The notes: generated by a model not told the origin, from the letters alone. Counted from the first letter of the stretch, positions 23,334 to 31,287 are shown. The stretch is 32,000 nt of DNA from Pseudomonas aeruginosa (GCF_001457615.1 NZ_LN831024.1:30001-62000), one strand, 5' to 3'. Program-made: numbers and translations.

Positions 23334-24127
23334 AGGGGACAGATTTATTTTCCCTACTCTAATTTTCTAAGCAGGGAGGCTCCAGTGCAGACGCCGTAAG
23401 GAGGCTCCGCGATGCCTAGGCAAGGGCGAGTGGTTTTACCGAATTATCCGCTTCACGTGGTCCAGCGGGGACACAATCGGCAAGTGGTATTCGCCGAGGA
23501 CGAGGACTACCAGCGTTACCTCTCCGATCTACGGGACCTCAAGGATGCCTTTGGTATCAAGGTCTACGCATTTTGCCTGATGACCAACCATGTCCATCTG
23601 CTCTTGGCGCCTGGTGATTCGCTGTCTGGCTTGGCGCAACTGATGAAAACGCTGGCGGCGCGCACGACACGATATCGGAATCGCTTGGAGGGCCGTTCCG
23701 GAACGTTGTGGGAAAGTCGCTATAAATCGAGTGTCGTACAGAGCGATGCCTACCTGCTGGCGTGTTGCCGGTACATCGAACTGAACCCTGTTCGGGCGCG
23801 GATGGTGGACGATGTGGCGGCCTATCCCTGGTCAAGTTATGGGCTGCGGGCGGATTGGTTGAAGGAGCCAAACTGGTTGGATATGGATTCCTGCTTCATT
23901 GAGCTAGGTCAGACGGCCGAAGAGAGATATCGGCGATACGTAACGTTCATGAAAGAGGCGATACCGGCCGAGGAATTGAGGCTGATTCGCGAGGCGGTTC
24001 AGCGTGGACAACTGACGGGCAATCAACGGTTCGTGGACGAGATCGAGCGGGTAGCCGGGGTGAGAATAGAGCGGCGTGGGCAAGGGCGGCCGAGATTAGA
24101 GCAGGGAAAATAAATCTGTCCCCTTTT
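23332..24127 (+). mobile_element. RAYT (REP-associated tyrosine transposase) element with ~32-bp terminal inverted repeats
   Basis: Left end AAAGGGGACAGATTTATTTTCCCTACTCTAAT (23332-23363); right end ATTAGAGCAGGGAAAATAAATCTGTCCCCTTT (24095-24126), near-perfect reverse complement; encloses one transposase gene. Confidence 0.8.
23412..24113 (+). CDS. REP-associated tyrosine transposase (IS200/Y1-like)
   Basis: 233 aa; PLHVVQRGHNRQVVFAEDEDYQRYLSDLRDL...YAFCLMTNHVHLLLAP (HxH motif)...YTRYRNRLEGRSGTLWESRYKSSVVQSDAYLLACCRYIELNPVRARMV, typical RAYT. Confidence 0.93.
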   Translation: MPRQGRVVLPNYPLHVVQRGHNRQVVFAEDEDYQRYLSDLRDLKDAFGIKVYAFCLMTNHVHLLLAPGDSLSGLAQLMKTLAARTTRYRNRLEGRSGTLWESRYKSSVVQSDAYLLACCRYIELNPVRARMVDDVAAYPWSSYGLRADWLKEPNWLDMDSCFIELGQTAEERYRRYVTFMKEAIPAEELRLIREAVQRGQLTGNQRFVDEIERVAGVRIERRGQGRPRLEQGK

Positions 24128-24151
24128 TTCTTTTTTTCTTAGTCCCCTTTT

Positions 24152-24231
24152 TTCTTACATTACCAGACGGACGGGCTGCTAGTTGGGGTGGGGATGGTAA
24201 ATTTATTGGGTTTAGAGGCGTGCAAAAATGA
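24152..24231 (+). pseudogene. 3' tail of an orphan toxin gene
   Basis: Open frame ...LTLPDGRAASWGGDGKFIGFRGVQK* whose TGA overlaps the ATG of the following ORF (ATGA), as in intact CdiA-CT/CdiI pairs; 5' boundary approximate. Confidence 0.5.
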
Positions 24232-24473
24232 AGGTAAATTTGATTTTTGAAAAAGTTGGAGATGTTAATAGTGATTATCCATATCTTTGTGTATATAAGG
24301 AGGGGGAGAGAGAGCCTTTTATGGAGATATCAGTGAGTAAAGAAAGAAAGATTGAGTTTGTTTTTTATTCTAGAGCTGATAATTTTTCCCTAAGCTCTGA
24401 AGAGTTCTATGAAATATATGGTAGGGCGGAAGCTTTTTTGCCTCAAGCTTTAGAAAATGAAGATTCGCTGTAA
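24228..24473 (+). CDS. Orphan immunity-like protein
   Basis: 81 aa (MKVNLIFEKVGDVNSDYPYLCVYKEGEREPFMEISVSKERKIEFVFYSRADNFSL...); low GC; start overlaps a toxin tail. Confidence 0.6.
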   Translation: MKVNLIFEKVGDVNSDYPYLCVYKEGEREPFMEISVSKERKIEFVFYSRADNFSLSSEEFYEIYGRAEAFLPQALENEDSL

Positions 24474-24598
24474 TATTTAAATAAAGAGACTGGTTATAAT
24501 GGGGATTTTTATTTTCCTGACTCTAGTGTTATCCGGCGGCAAATATGATTTCGATACTTTGATTTCAGAGAAATCCTCAAAGTTTTAGTTGAAAGAAT

Positions 24599-24779
24599 AA
24601 AGGGGCAGATTTATTTTCTCTACTCTAATTTCGGCGACGGCGCCCACGCCGAACTACTCAAAGAAAATAACTCGTTAAACCATGCGCCCTTACCAAGGCA
24701 TCACGAAGTTCCTTTACGGCATCTGCACTGGAGCCTTTGCTCAGAAGATTAGAGTAGAGAAAGTAAATCTTTCCCCTTT
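24599..24779 (-). mobile_element. Non-coding RAYT-derived (MITE-like) element A
   Basis: AAGGGGCAGATTTATTTTCTCTACTCTAATTTCGGCGAC ... GGCATCACGAAGTTCCTTTACGGCATCTGCACTGGAGCC...ATTAGAGTAGAGAAAGTAAATCTTTCCCCTTT; reverse complement aligns to element B and to the 5' leader of the RAYT element. Confidence 0.75.
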
Positions 24780-24952
24780 CAATGTTGTTTCAAGAGAAGA
24801 CTGTGGTCAGCAAAGAGCCCACGGAAGCTTAGGATGTGGTTCGGATGGAAGGGCGGCTCCGCACGAGCATAAAATTGAATATAACGAAAGGGCTATGTAA
24901 GAAGAAATAGGCTCGGATGGAAAGCCGGTAGGCCCTTGGATACCAGATAGGT
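24780..24952 (+). pseudogene. Frameshifted 3' remnant of another orphan toxin gene
   Basis: NVVSREDCGQQRAHGSLGCGSDGRAAPHEHKIEYNERAM* (ending 24900) then EEIGSDGKPVGPWIPDR* (24901-24954 frame); looks like one C-terminal tail disrupted by a small lesion near 24890-24900. Annotated start is inside element A. Confidence 0.45.
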
Positions 24953-24958
24953 GATTAA

Positions 24959-25084
24959 ATGTCTAATGATGTATGTGGGTATATAAAATATGATGGTGTT
25001 TATCCGGAGTCAGATCTGCTTGAGTATTTGTCAAAAAGTGAGCTAGGTGTTTTTAGAGTTCCAAAGGAGCATCTATATCGAATG
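24959..25084 (+). pseudogene. Truncated orphan immunity gene, interrupted by element B
   Basis: MSNDVCGYIKYDGVYPESDLLEYLSKSELGVFRVPKEHLYRM then reads into the element end as KGTDLFSLL*. Confidence 0.5.
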
Positions 25085-25252
25085 AAAGGGACAGATTTAT
25101 TTTCTCTACTCTAAATTTTCTGAGCATGGAGGCTCCAGCGCAGATGCCGTAAAGGAACTTCGCGATGCCTAGCGAATTATTTGCTTTGAGCGTTTCAGAG
25201 TGGGCGCAGTCGCCGAAATTAGAGTAGTAAAAATAAATCTGTCCCCTTTTTT
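25085..25252 (+). mobile_element. Non-coding RAYT-derived (MITE-like) element B
   Basis: AAAGGGACAGATTTATTTTCTCTACTCTAAATTTTCTGAGCATGGAGGCTCCAGCGCAGATGCCGTAAAGGAACTTCGCGATGCCT...CGCCGAAATTAGAGTAGTAAAAATAAATCTGTCCCCTTTTTT; terminal inverted repeats related to the full RAYT element; internal transposase ORF absent. Confidence 0.8.
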
Positions 25253-25559
25253 ACAAGGGAGTGCTATAACGGGGCAGAGTTTCAAGACTGGACAAGCGTT
25301 TGACGTTGGTAGGGTGAGTGACTTCGATATTGCCTTGGCAGGCCCTGAGTTGTTGCAGCGTGCACAGCCGCTAGGAATAGGTTTGAGAAGCGGCGGTACT
25401 CGTACTGGTCCTCTGAGCGGAAGAGATTTGCAAGCACTTGGATTAAAAGATCTAGCTAGAAAGCTAAGTGCACAAGCAGGGCGTGAAGTTAACTTTATGA
25501 TTTATGATTCTGCGGCAACGGCTGCAAGCCGCGCTCCGAGCTTGGTACTTCCAAAATGA
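25253..25559 (+). pseudogene. Orphan CdiA-CT-like toxin domain, 5'-truncated, possible nucleotidyltransferase-like fold
   Basis: LQGSAITGQSFKTGQAFDVGRVSDFDIALAGPELLQRAQPLGIGLRSGGTRTGPLSGRDLQALGLKDLARKLSAQAGREVNFMIYDSAATAASRAPSLVLPK*; GS..SDFDIAL resembles an NTase motif; the tracked ORF start at 25200 lies in element B. Confidence 0.6.
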
Positions 25560-25876
25560 TTGCATATGACTTGTACGGAACGAAAAATCTCAGCCTTTTG
25601 CTGGCAAGAGAGCATATAGAGAAAATTTTTGGAGTGCCTCTTGATGAAAGAAATAGTTCTTATCAAGGAGGGGATTACTACATGTTTGGTAGTAATGATT
25701 CGGAGAATTTTATTCTGAAAGCCAATCTTGACCCTCTTGATGATGAACCAGTAGAGTTAAATTTTCCTGACTACCCTATTTTGCTCTATATAAACGCCAC
25801 GACACGTTCATCTGCTATAGAAGGGGTAATCAAGAAGGGTGCATGCTTTAAGCTGCTCAGGCATGAAATGTTCTAG
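25556..25876 (+). CDS. Orphan immunity-like protein paired with the preceding toxin fragment
   Basis: 106 aa (MIAYDLYGTKNLSLLLAREHIEKIFGVPLDERNSSYQGGDYYMFG...); ATGA overlap with the toxin stop. Confidence 0.65.
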   Translation: MIAYDLYGTKNLSLLLAREHIEKIFGVPLDERNSSYQGGDYYMFGSNDSENFILKANLDPLDDEPVELNFPDYPILLYINATTRSSAIEGVIKKGACFKLLRHEMF

Positions 25877-26006
25877 GAATGAAAGAACAAAGGGGACAGA
25901 TTTGAATGGCACTTACTTAACCCTTTTCGGATGACCGTGTTTCTTGATCGCTGCCCGAGCAGATTGACGTGTACAGGTCAGTAATCAGCATAAAGGGGAC
26001 CAGCAT

Positions 26007-26300
26007 AAAGGGGACTGATTTATTTTCCCTACTCTAATTTTCTAAGCAAGGAGGCTCCAGCGCAGACGCCGTAAGGAGGCTCCGCGATGCCTAGGCAAGG
26101 GCGAGTGGTTTACCGAATTATCCGCTTCACATGGTCCAGCGGGGACACAGTCGCCAAGTGGTATTCGCCGAGGACGAGGACTACCAACGCTACCTCTCCG
26201 ATCCTCAAGACCTCGAGGATGCCTTCGATAACAAGCTCCATGCATTTTGCCGAATGGCCACCCATATCCATCTGCTCCTGGCGGCTTGCCGACCCTCCTT
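26007..26300 (+). pseudogene. Truncated, frameshifted second copy of the RAYT element
   Basis: Near-identical to 23332 onward (AAAGGGGACTGATTTATTTTCCCTACTCTAATTTTCTAAGCAAGGAGGCTCC...GATGCCTAGGCAAGGGCGAGTGG); GTGGTTTACC versus GTGGTTTTACC (one T lost); similarity ends after HIHLLLAA; no right end found. Confidence 0.85.
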
Positions 26301-26462
26301 TCTACTGCCCCGTCGCACAGCGCCCCAATGTACTAGTACACCGGAAACCGCCGTCTCCCGTTGAACGGGCGGGCCCCGGCCCCCTACCATTCGCAGCACA
26401 CCGACCCGCGCAAAGGGAGCGGGATGCCGCGTAGGCAGGCCGCCATGGAAGGAGAAGCACAT

Positions 26463-26858
26463 ATGCCGGTACTGGCTCTGAGACTCACCGCCCTGGCGGC
26501 CCTTGCGATCAGCGTGTCGGGGTGCGTCATGGAGGCCTATGGCAGTCGCGCGCGTAGCGATGCGCAATCCTGGATCGGCTTGCCGATCCAGGACGTGATC
26601 AAGCGCTTCGGCGAGCCGGAACGCGTGACGGGGGATGCCGCCAGGCAGAAGTACGTGTGGAAGGAGTACGAGAACTATAGCCACGACTACGACTACACCT
26701 ACTACGAGCAGGGCCATGGCAATACGCCCAACAGCTCGGTCCTGAACCAGAAGACCGGCACGGCCAACCAGAGCGGCTATTACACCTGCATCTACGAGTT
26801 CTTTGCCGACGCCTCGGGCAGGGTGGTCGATGCGACCGCGCGGGGTGAGTGCCGCTAG
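26463..26858 (+). CDS. Putative lipoprotein, SmpA/OmlA-like small outer-membrane protein
   Basis: ATG 26463 with GAAGGAG upstream; lipobox-like MPVLALRLTALAALAISVSGC; WIGLPIQDVIKRFGEPERVTGDAARQKYVWKEY. Confidence 0.75.
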   Translation: MPVLALRLTALAALAISVSGCVMEAYGSRARSDAQSWIGLPIQDVIKRFGEPERVTGDAARQKYVWKEYENYSHDYDYTYYEQGHGNTPNSSVLNQKTGTANQSGYYTCIYEFFADASGRVVDATARGECR

Positions 26859-27128
26859 TTCCAGGCGCCCTTCACGCCGCAAAGGGCGATTGGCTCAGCC
26901 AGCCACCGCCTTGTCTCCGACGTCGCAGAGACGCCTCAGTCCAACGCGGAGGCGTCCCCTCCCCTCGCTCCGCCGTGATCGCCAGGCCGCCCTGCCTCAC
27001 CCGGGTCCTGGTCCGGTCCTTGGCCTTGAAACCCGGCCGTTGCAGCCAGTAGCCGCGCAGGTTGATGCGGGGCGCCAGGCGGTTGTCGTCGCGTTCGTCC
27101 AGCGGCGCTCCGAGGTTTCCCCGGCGCC

Positions 27129-28382
27129 TCACAGCAGGATCAGCAGCGCTCCTACCAGCAGCCCCGCCAGGCTGAAGGGTAGCGTTTGCAGGGCCAGCCG
27201 CTTGCCGCCCACCAGCACGACCAGGCCGGCCTTGACCAGGCTGTTGCTCAGGGCGGCAAGGGCGATGCCGCGGCTGGCCACGCCTGGATCGAGTTCGCCC
27301 TGCGCCGCGCGGGCCAGGGACAGGGTGATCGCGTCGACGTCGGCGAGGCCGGAGAGCAACGCGACCGCGTAGATGCCGGCATCGCCGAACAGCCGCCGGC
27401 CGACCTCCACCAACAGCAGGATCGCGCTCAGCAGGGCGGCGAAACGCAGGGCCGGGAGCAGTTCGAAGGGGTTGCGCAGGCCTGGCTCGTCGGGTGCCTC
27501 CTGGCTGGCGCGGCCGCCGCGCAGGGCGTGGAACAGCGTGCCGCCAAGGTAGACGAGGGTGGTGGCGGCGAATGGCAGGGCCAGCTCCTTCAGCAAGGCC
27601 GGGTGGATCGCGCCGATCTCGACGAGGATGCGCGGGAACATCAGCGCCGAGGTCGCCAGCAGGGCGCACGCCAACAGGGCGTCGGGCATGCGCTCGCGCA
27701 GGCGCGCCAGGGTCAGGGTCATCACCGTGGAGGACACCAGGCCGCCGAGCACCGCGGTCAGCAACAGGCCCTTGCGCGAGCCGATCAGGCGGATGGCCAG
27801 GTAGGCGGAGAAACCGAGGGCGGCGATCAGCACCACCATCCACCAGGTCAGGTAGGGATTGAAGAACGCCCAGGGACCATAGCCCTGGTTGGGCAGCACC
27901 GGCAGCAGGACCACGGAAATGAACAGCAGCTTGAGGGTGCCCGATAGCTCCTCGGCGGTCAGGCGCTTCAGCAGGGCGTGGAGCTTGTCCTTGAGGCTCA
28001 GCAGCAGGGTCAGCACGATGCCGCCGGCGGCAGCCAGCAGGCGCTGTTCGGTGAGGGCGAGGCTGCCGAGGAGGAAGGTCATCAGCAGGGCGATCTCGGT
28101 GGTCATGCCCTGGTCGCCGCCACGCCTGACATCGCTCACGTAGCCGGCCACGGCCAGCGCCGCGAGGGCCAGCAGCAAGGCTACCCAGACCGCGCTGCCC
28201 AGTTCGCCCGCGAGCAGGGTGGCGAAGCCGCCGAGCAGGCCGGCCAGGCTGAAGGTGCGGATTCCGGCGATCTGCCGCGCATCTTCGTGGTCGCGCTCCT
28301 GCCAGCCGCGCTCGGCGCCGATCAGAAGGCCGATGGCCAGGGCCGTGCACAGGCTCAACAACAGATCCAGGGAAAGCGTCAT
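27129..28382 (-). CDS. MgtC/DUF4010-family inner-membrane protein
   Basis: Start ATG 28382 (MTLSLDLLLSLCTALAIGLLIGAERGWQERDHEDARQIAGIRTFSLAGLLGGFATLLAG), many TM segments; tracked ORF has a 52-aa spurious extension. Confidence 0.87.
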   Translation of the reverse strand: MTLSLDLLLSLCTALAIGLLIGAERGWQERDHEDARQIAGIRTFSLAGLLGGFATLLAGELGSAVWVALLLALAALAVAGYVSDVRRGGDQGMTTEIALLMTFLLGSLALTEQRLLAAAGGIVLTLLLSLKDKLHALLKRLTAEELSGTLKLLFISVVLLPVLPNQGYGPWAFFNPYLTWWMVVLIAALGFSAYLAIRLIGSRKGLLLTAVLGGLVSSTVMTLTLARLRERMPDALLACALLATSALMFPRILVEIGAIHPALLKELALPFAATTLVYLGGTLFHALRGGRASQEAPDEPGLRNPFELLPALRFAALLSAILLLVEVGRRLFGDAGIYAVALLSGLADVDAITLSLARAAQGELDPGVASRGIALAALSNSLVKAGLVVLVGGKRLALQTLPFSLAGLLVGALLILL

Positions 28383-28617
28383 GCTCGATTCCATTCGCCG
28401 GGAGAGAGGATGGCGACGTGCCTGTGCGCACCATAGCAGCAGACGACCCCGAGGTGCCTGCACGGCGGTGCGCCGTCCACCAAGAGCCCGTCGCTGCCGC
28501 CGATATCCATCGGGTTCTCCGCCCCGGTGTAGGCGCACGGGAGCTGGCGTAGGGAAAGTCCGCTGTTTTTCGGCCGCTGACGGTTCTCTTTCCGCGTGCT
28601 CCGACGGCCGCCAACAG

Positions 28618-28644
28618 TAAAAAAACCACGGCCAATCCTGATAG
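28618..28644 (+). promoter_or_regulatory. Putative ExsA-binding box upstream of exoT
   Basis: AAAAAAACCACGGCCAATCCTGATAG: A-rich stretch, CACG, then CTGATAG, resembling the T3SS regulon consensus; located ~60-85 bp upstream of the exoT ATG. Confidence 0.65.
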
Positions 28645-28701
28645 GCGGAGGGGCGCCTCGTTCCTAGACTGGCGGGGAAACATCAGGAGACGTCAATCAT
28701 C

Positions 28702-30075
28702 ATGCATATTCAATCATCTCAGCAGAACCCGTCTTTCGTGGCTGAGTTGAGCCAGGCCGTGGCCGGGCGCCTGGGACAGGTCGAGGCCCGCCAGGTGGCC
28801 ACTCCCCGGGAGGCGCAACAACTGGCCCAGCGCCAGGAAGCACCGAAGGGCGAGGGCCTGCTCTCCCGCCTGGGGGCCGCCCTCGCGCGTCCCTTCGTGG
28901 CGATCATCGAGTGGCTGGGCAAACTGCTGGGGAGCCGTGCCCACGCCTCCACCCAGGCGCCGCTCTCCCGTCAGGACGCGCCGCCTGCCGCCAGTCTCTC
29001 GGCCGCCGAGATCAAGCAGATGATGCTGCAAAAGGCACTGCCCCTGACCTTGGGCGGACTTGGCAAGGCGAGCGAGCTGGCGACTTTGACAGCGGAGAGA
29101 CTGGCGAAGGATCACACGCGCCTGGCCAGCGGCGACGGCGCCCTGCGCTCGCTGGCCACCGCCCTGGTCGGGATTCGCGATGGCAGCCGGATCGAGGCTT
29201 CCCGTACCCAGGCTGCCCGCCTGCTCGAACAGAGCGTTGGGGGGATCGCGCTGCAACAGTGGGGGACCGCGGGCGGTGCCGCCAGCCAGCATGTACTCAG
29301 CGCAAGCCCGGAGCAACTGCGCGAAATCGCCGTCCAACTGCATGCGGTAATGGACAAGGTCGCCCTGTTGCGCCACGCGGTAGAGAGCGAGGTAAAGGGC
29401 GAGCCTGTCGACAAGGCGCTGGCGGATGGCCTGGTGGAGCACTTCGGGCTGGAGGCGGAGCAGTACCTAGGCGAACACCCGGACGGGCCGTACAGCGATG
29501 CCGAGGTGATGGCGCTCGGTCTCTATACCAACGGCGAGTACCAGCACCTGAATCGTTCCCTGCGTCAGGGGCGAGAGCTGGATGCTGGCCAGGCGTTGAT
29601 CGACCGGGGCATGTCTGCCGCGTTCGAAAAGAGCGGACCGGCTGAACAGGTCGTGAAGACCTTCCGCGGCACCCAGGGCAGGGATGCCTTCGAGGCGGTG
29701 AAAGAGGGCCAGGTCGGCCACGACGCCGGCTATCTCTCCACCTCCCGGGACCCCAGCGTTGCCAGGAGCTTCGCGGGCCAGGGCACGATAACCACCCTGT
29801 TCGGCAGATCCGGGATCGATGTCAGCGAGATATCGATCGAGGGCGATGAGCAGGAGATCCTCTACAACAAGGGGACCGACATGCGCGTGCTTCTCAGCGC
29901 CAAGGATGGGCAGGGTGTGACCCGTCGGGTGCTCGAAGAGGCCACGCTGGGGGAACGGAGCGGCCACGGCGAGGGACTGCTCGATGCCCTGGACCTGGCA
30001 ACCGGGACGGATCGTTCAGGCAAGCCCCAGGAACAGGACCTGCGCCTGAGAATGCGCGGCCTCGACCTGGCCTGA
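28702..30075 (+). CDS. exoT: Type III secreted bifunctional effector ExoT (RhoGAP + ADP-ribosyltransferase)
   Basis: 457 aa starting MHIQSSQQNPSFVAELSQAVAGRLGQVEARQVATPREAQQLAQ; GAP region ALVGIRDGSRIEASRTQ; ART motifs TFRGTQG, YLSTSRD, and ExE in EGDEQEILYNKGT. Confidence 0.98.
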   Translation: MHIQSSQQNPSFVAELSQAVAGRLGQVEARQVATPREAQQLAQRQEAPKGEGLLSRLGAALARPFVAIIEWLGKLLGSRAHASTQAPLSRQDAPPAASLSAAEIKQMMLQKALPLTLGGLGKASELATLTAERLAKDHTRLASGDGALRSLATALVGIRDGSRIEASRTQAARLLEQSVGGIALQQWGTAGGAASQHVLSASPEQLREIAVQLHAVMDKVALLRHAVESEVKGEPVDKALADGLVEHFGLEAEQYLGEHPDGPYSDAEVMALGLYTNGEYQHLNRSLRQGRELDAGQALIDRGMSAAFEKSGPAEQVVKTFRGTQGRDAFEAVKEGQVGHDAGYLSTSRDPSVARSFAGQGTITTLFGRSGIDVSEISIEGDEQEILYNKGTDMRVLLSAKDGQGVTRRVLEEATLGERSGHGEGLLDALDLATGTDRSGKPQEQDLRLRMRGLDLA

Positions 30076-30091
30076 CCGGTCGACGGCAGAG

Positions 30092-30120
30092 ACGGACACT
30101 CCCAAGGGGTGTCCGTTTTC
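30092..30120 (+). terminator. Rho-independent terminator of exoT
   Basis: ACGGACACTCC-caa-GGGGTGTCCGT stem (one G-T pair) followed by TTTC. Confidence 0.85.
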
Positions 30121-30570
30121 ATTTGCGCCGTACAGCGTCGGGCGCAATGGGCGGCAAGGAGGCCTGCCTGGCTGCCACCGGTTGGTGGCGGACACCGGTG
30201 CCCGGCGTCCCACCTCGATCCTGCGAACGAGACGCAGTCAGAATTCTCCGAGTATGCTTCCTGCATAACGAAACGATCGGAATAACTGTGGTAACTTTGC
30301 CGCCCACCGAGATGGCCTATTGATGGCTCATACGGTTCGTGCATCGCTTCCCGCACGATTCTTTCGGATTTCCAAGGCCGGCCGGGAGCGCCGGTTGATC
30401 GACGCATTCGTATTTCAAGGAAAGAAATCGTGGCCACCCCATTTCGCCCCTCGCCTTGGCGCGCCGCCGTGCCGCCTGGCCTTCCTCGATTTTCACTACG
30501 CCCTCTTTTCCGCACACGGGGCGGCTAGAAGCCGCTCCGCGTCGATAGCGTTTTTTTCCAGGAGAACCCC

Positions 30571-31257
30571 ATGAGTCACAGCGCCAAGAAAGCACTACTG
30601 CCGCTCCTCGCCGTCGCCACCCTGGCCGGCCTGGCGGGCTGCGCCACCGAGACCTCCACCGCGTTGCCGGTACAGCAGGTCGAGAGCGTCAACCGACCCT
30701 ACAGCGGCGTGCGTTCGCCGATTGCGGTAGGCAAGTTCGACAACCGCTCCAGCTACATGCGCGGGATCTTTTCCGATGGCGTCGACCGCCTCGGCGGCCA
30801 GGCCAAGACCATTCTCATCACCCACCTGCAGCAGACCAATCGCTTCAACGTGCTGGACCGCGACAACATGAGCGAGATCCAGCAGGAAGCGGCGATCAAG
30901 GGCCAGGCCCAGCGCCTGAAGGGTGCCGACTACGTGGTGACCGGCGATGTCACCGAGTTCGGCCGCAAGGAAGTCGGCGACCGCCAGCTGTTCGGCATCC
31001 TTGGCCGCGGCAAGTCGCAGATCGCCTACGCCAAGGTGGCGCTGAACATCGTCAACATCTCTACCTCGGAGGTCGTCTATTCGACCCAGGGCGCTGGCGA
31101 GTACGCCCTGTCCAACCGCGAGGTGATCGGCTTCGGCGGCACCGCCAGCTACGACTCGACCCTCAACGGCAAGGTTCTCGACCTGGCCATGCGCGAGGCG
31201 GTGAACAAGTTGGTCAACGCGGTCGATAGCGGGGCCTGGAAGCCACAGAACCAATAA
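30571..31257 (+). CDS. CsgG/HfaB-family outer-membrane-associated lipoprotein
   Basis: Lipobox LLAVATLAGLAGC; SPIAVGKFDNRSS...FNVLDRDNMSEIQQEAAIKGQAQRLKGADYVVTGDVTEFG is CsgG-like. Confidence 0.87.
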   Translation: MSHSAKKALLPLLAVATLAGLAGCATETSTALPVQQVESVNRPYSGVRSPIAVGKFDNRSSYMRGIFSDGVDRLGGQAKTILITHLQQTNRFNVLDRDNMSEIQQEAAIKGQAQRLKGADYVVTGDVTEFGRKEVGDRQLFGILGRGKSQIAYAKVALNIVNISTSEVVYSTQGAGEYALSNREVIGFGGTASYDSTLNGKVLDLAMREAVNKLVNAVDSGAWKPQNQ

Positions 31258-31287
31258 TCCACCAGAAACCAGGGAATCACGGCACAC

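Noticed and set aside
24499-24588. 29-aa plus-strand peptide MGIFIFLTLVLSGGKYDFDTLISEKSSKF
   Set aside because: Too short and no homology I can name; may be a remnant of another module but unsupported.
26872-28683. Minus-strand 603-aa ORF overlapping the MgtC/DUF4010 gene
   Set aside because: Arg/Ala/Pro-rich shadow frame; the 27129-28382 frame has clear membrane-protein structure.
28714-29645. ORFs overlapping exoT on both strands
   Set aside because: exoT is unambiguous; overlapping frames are compositional artefacts.
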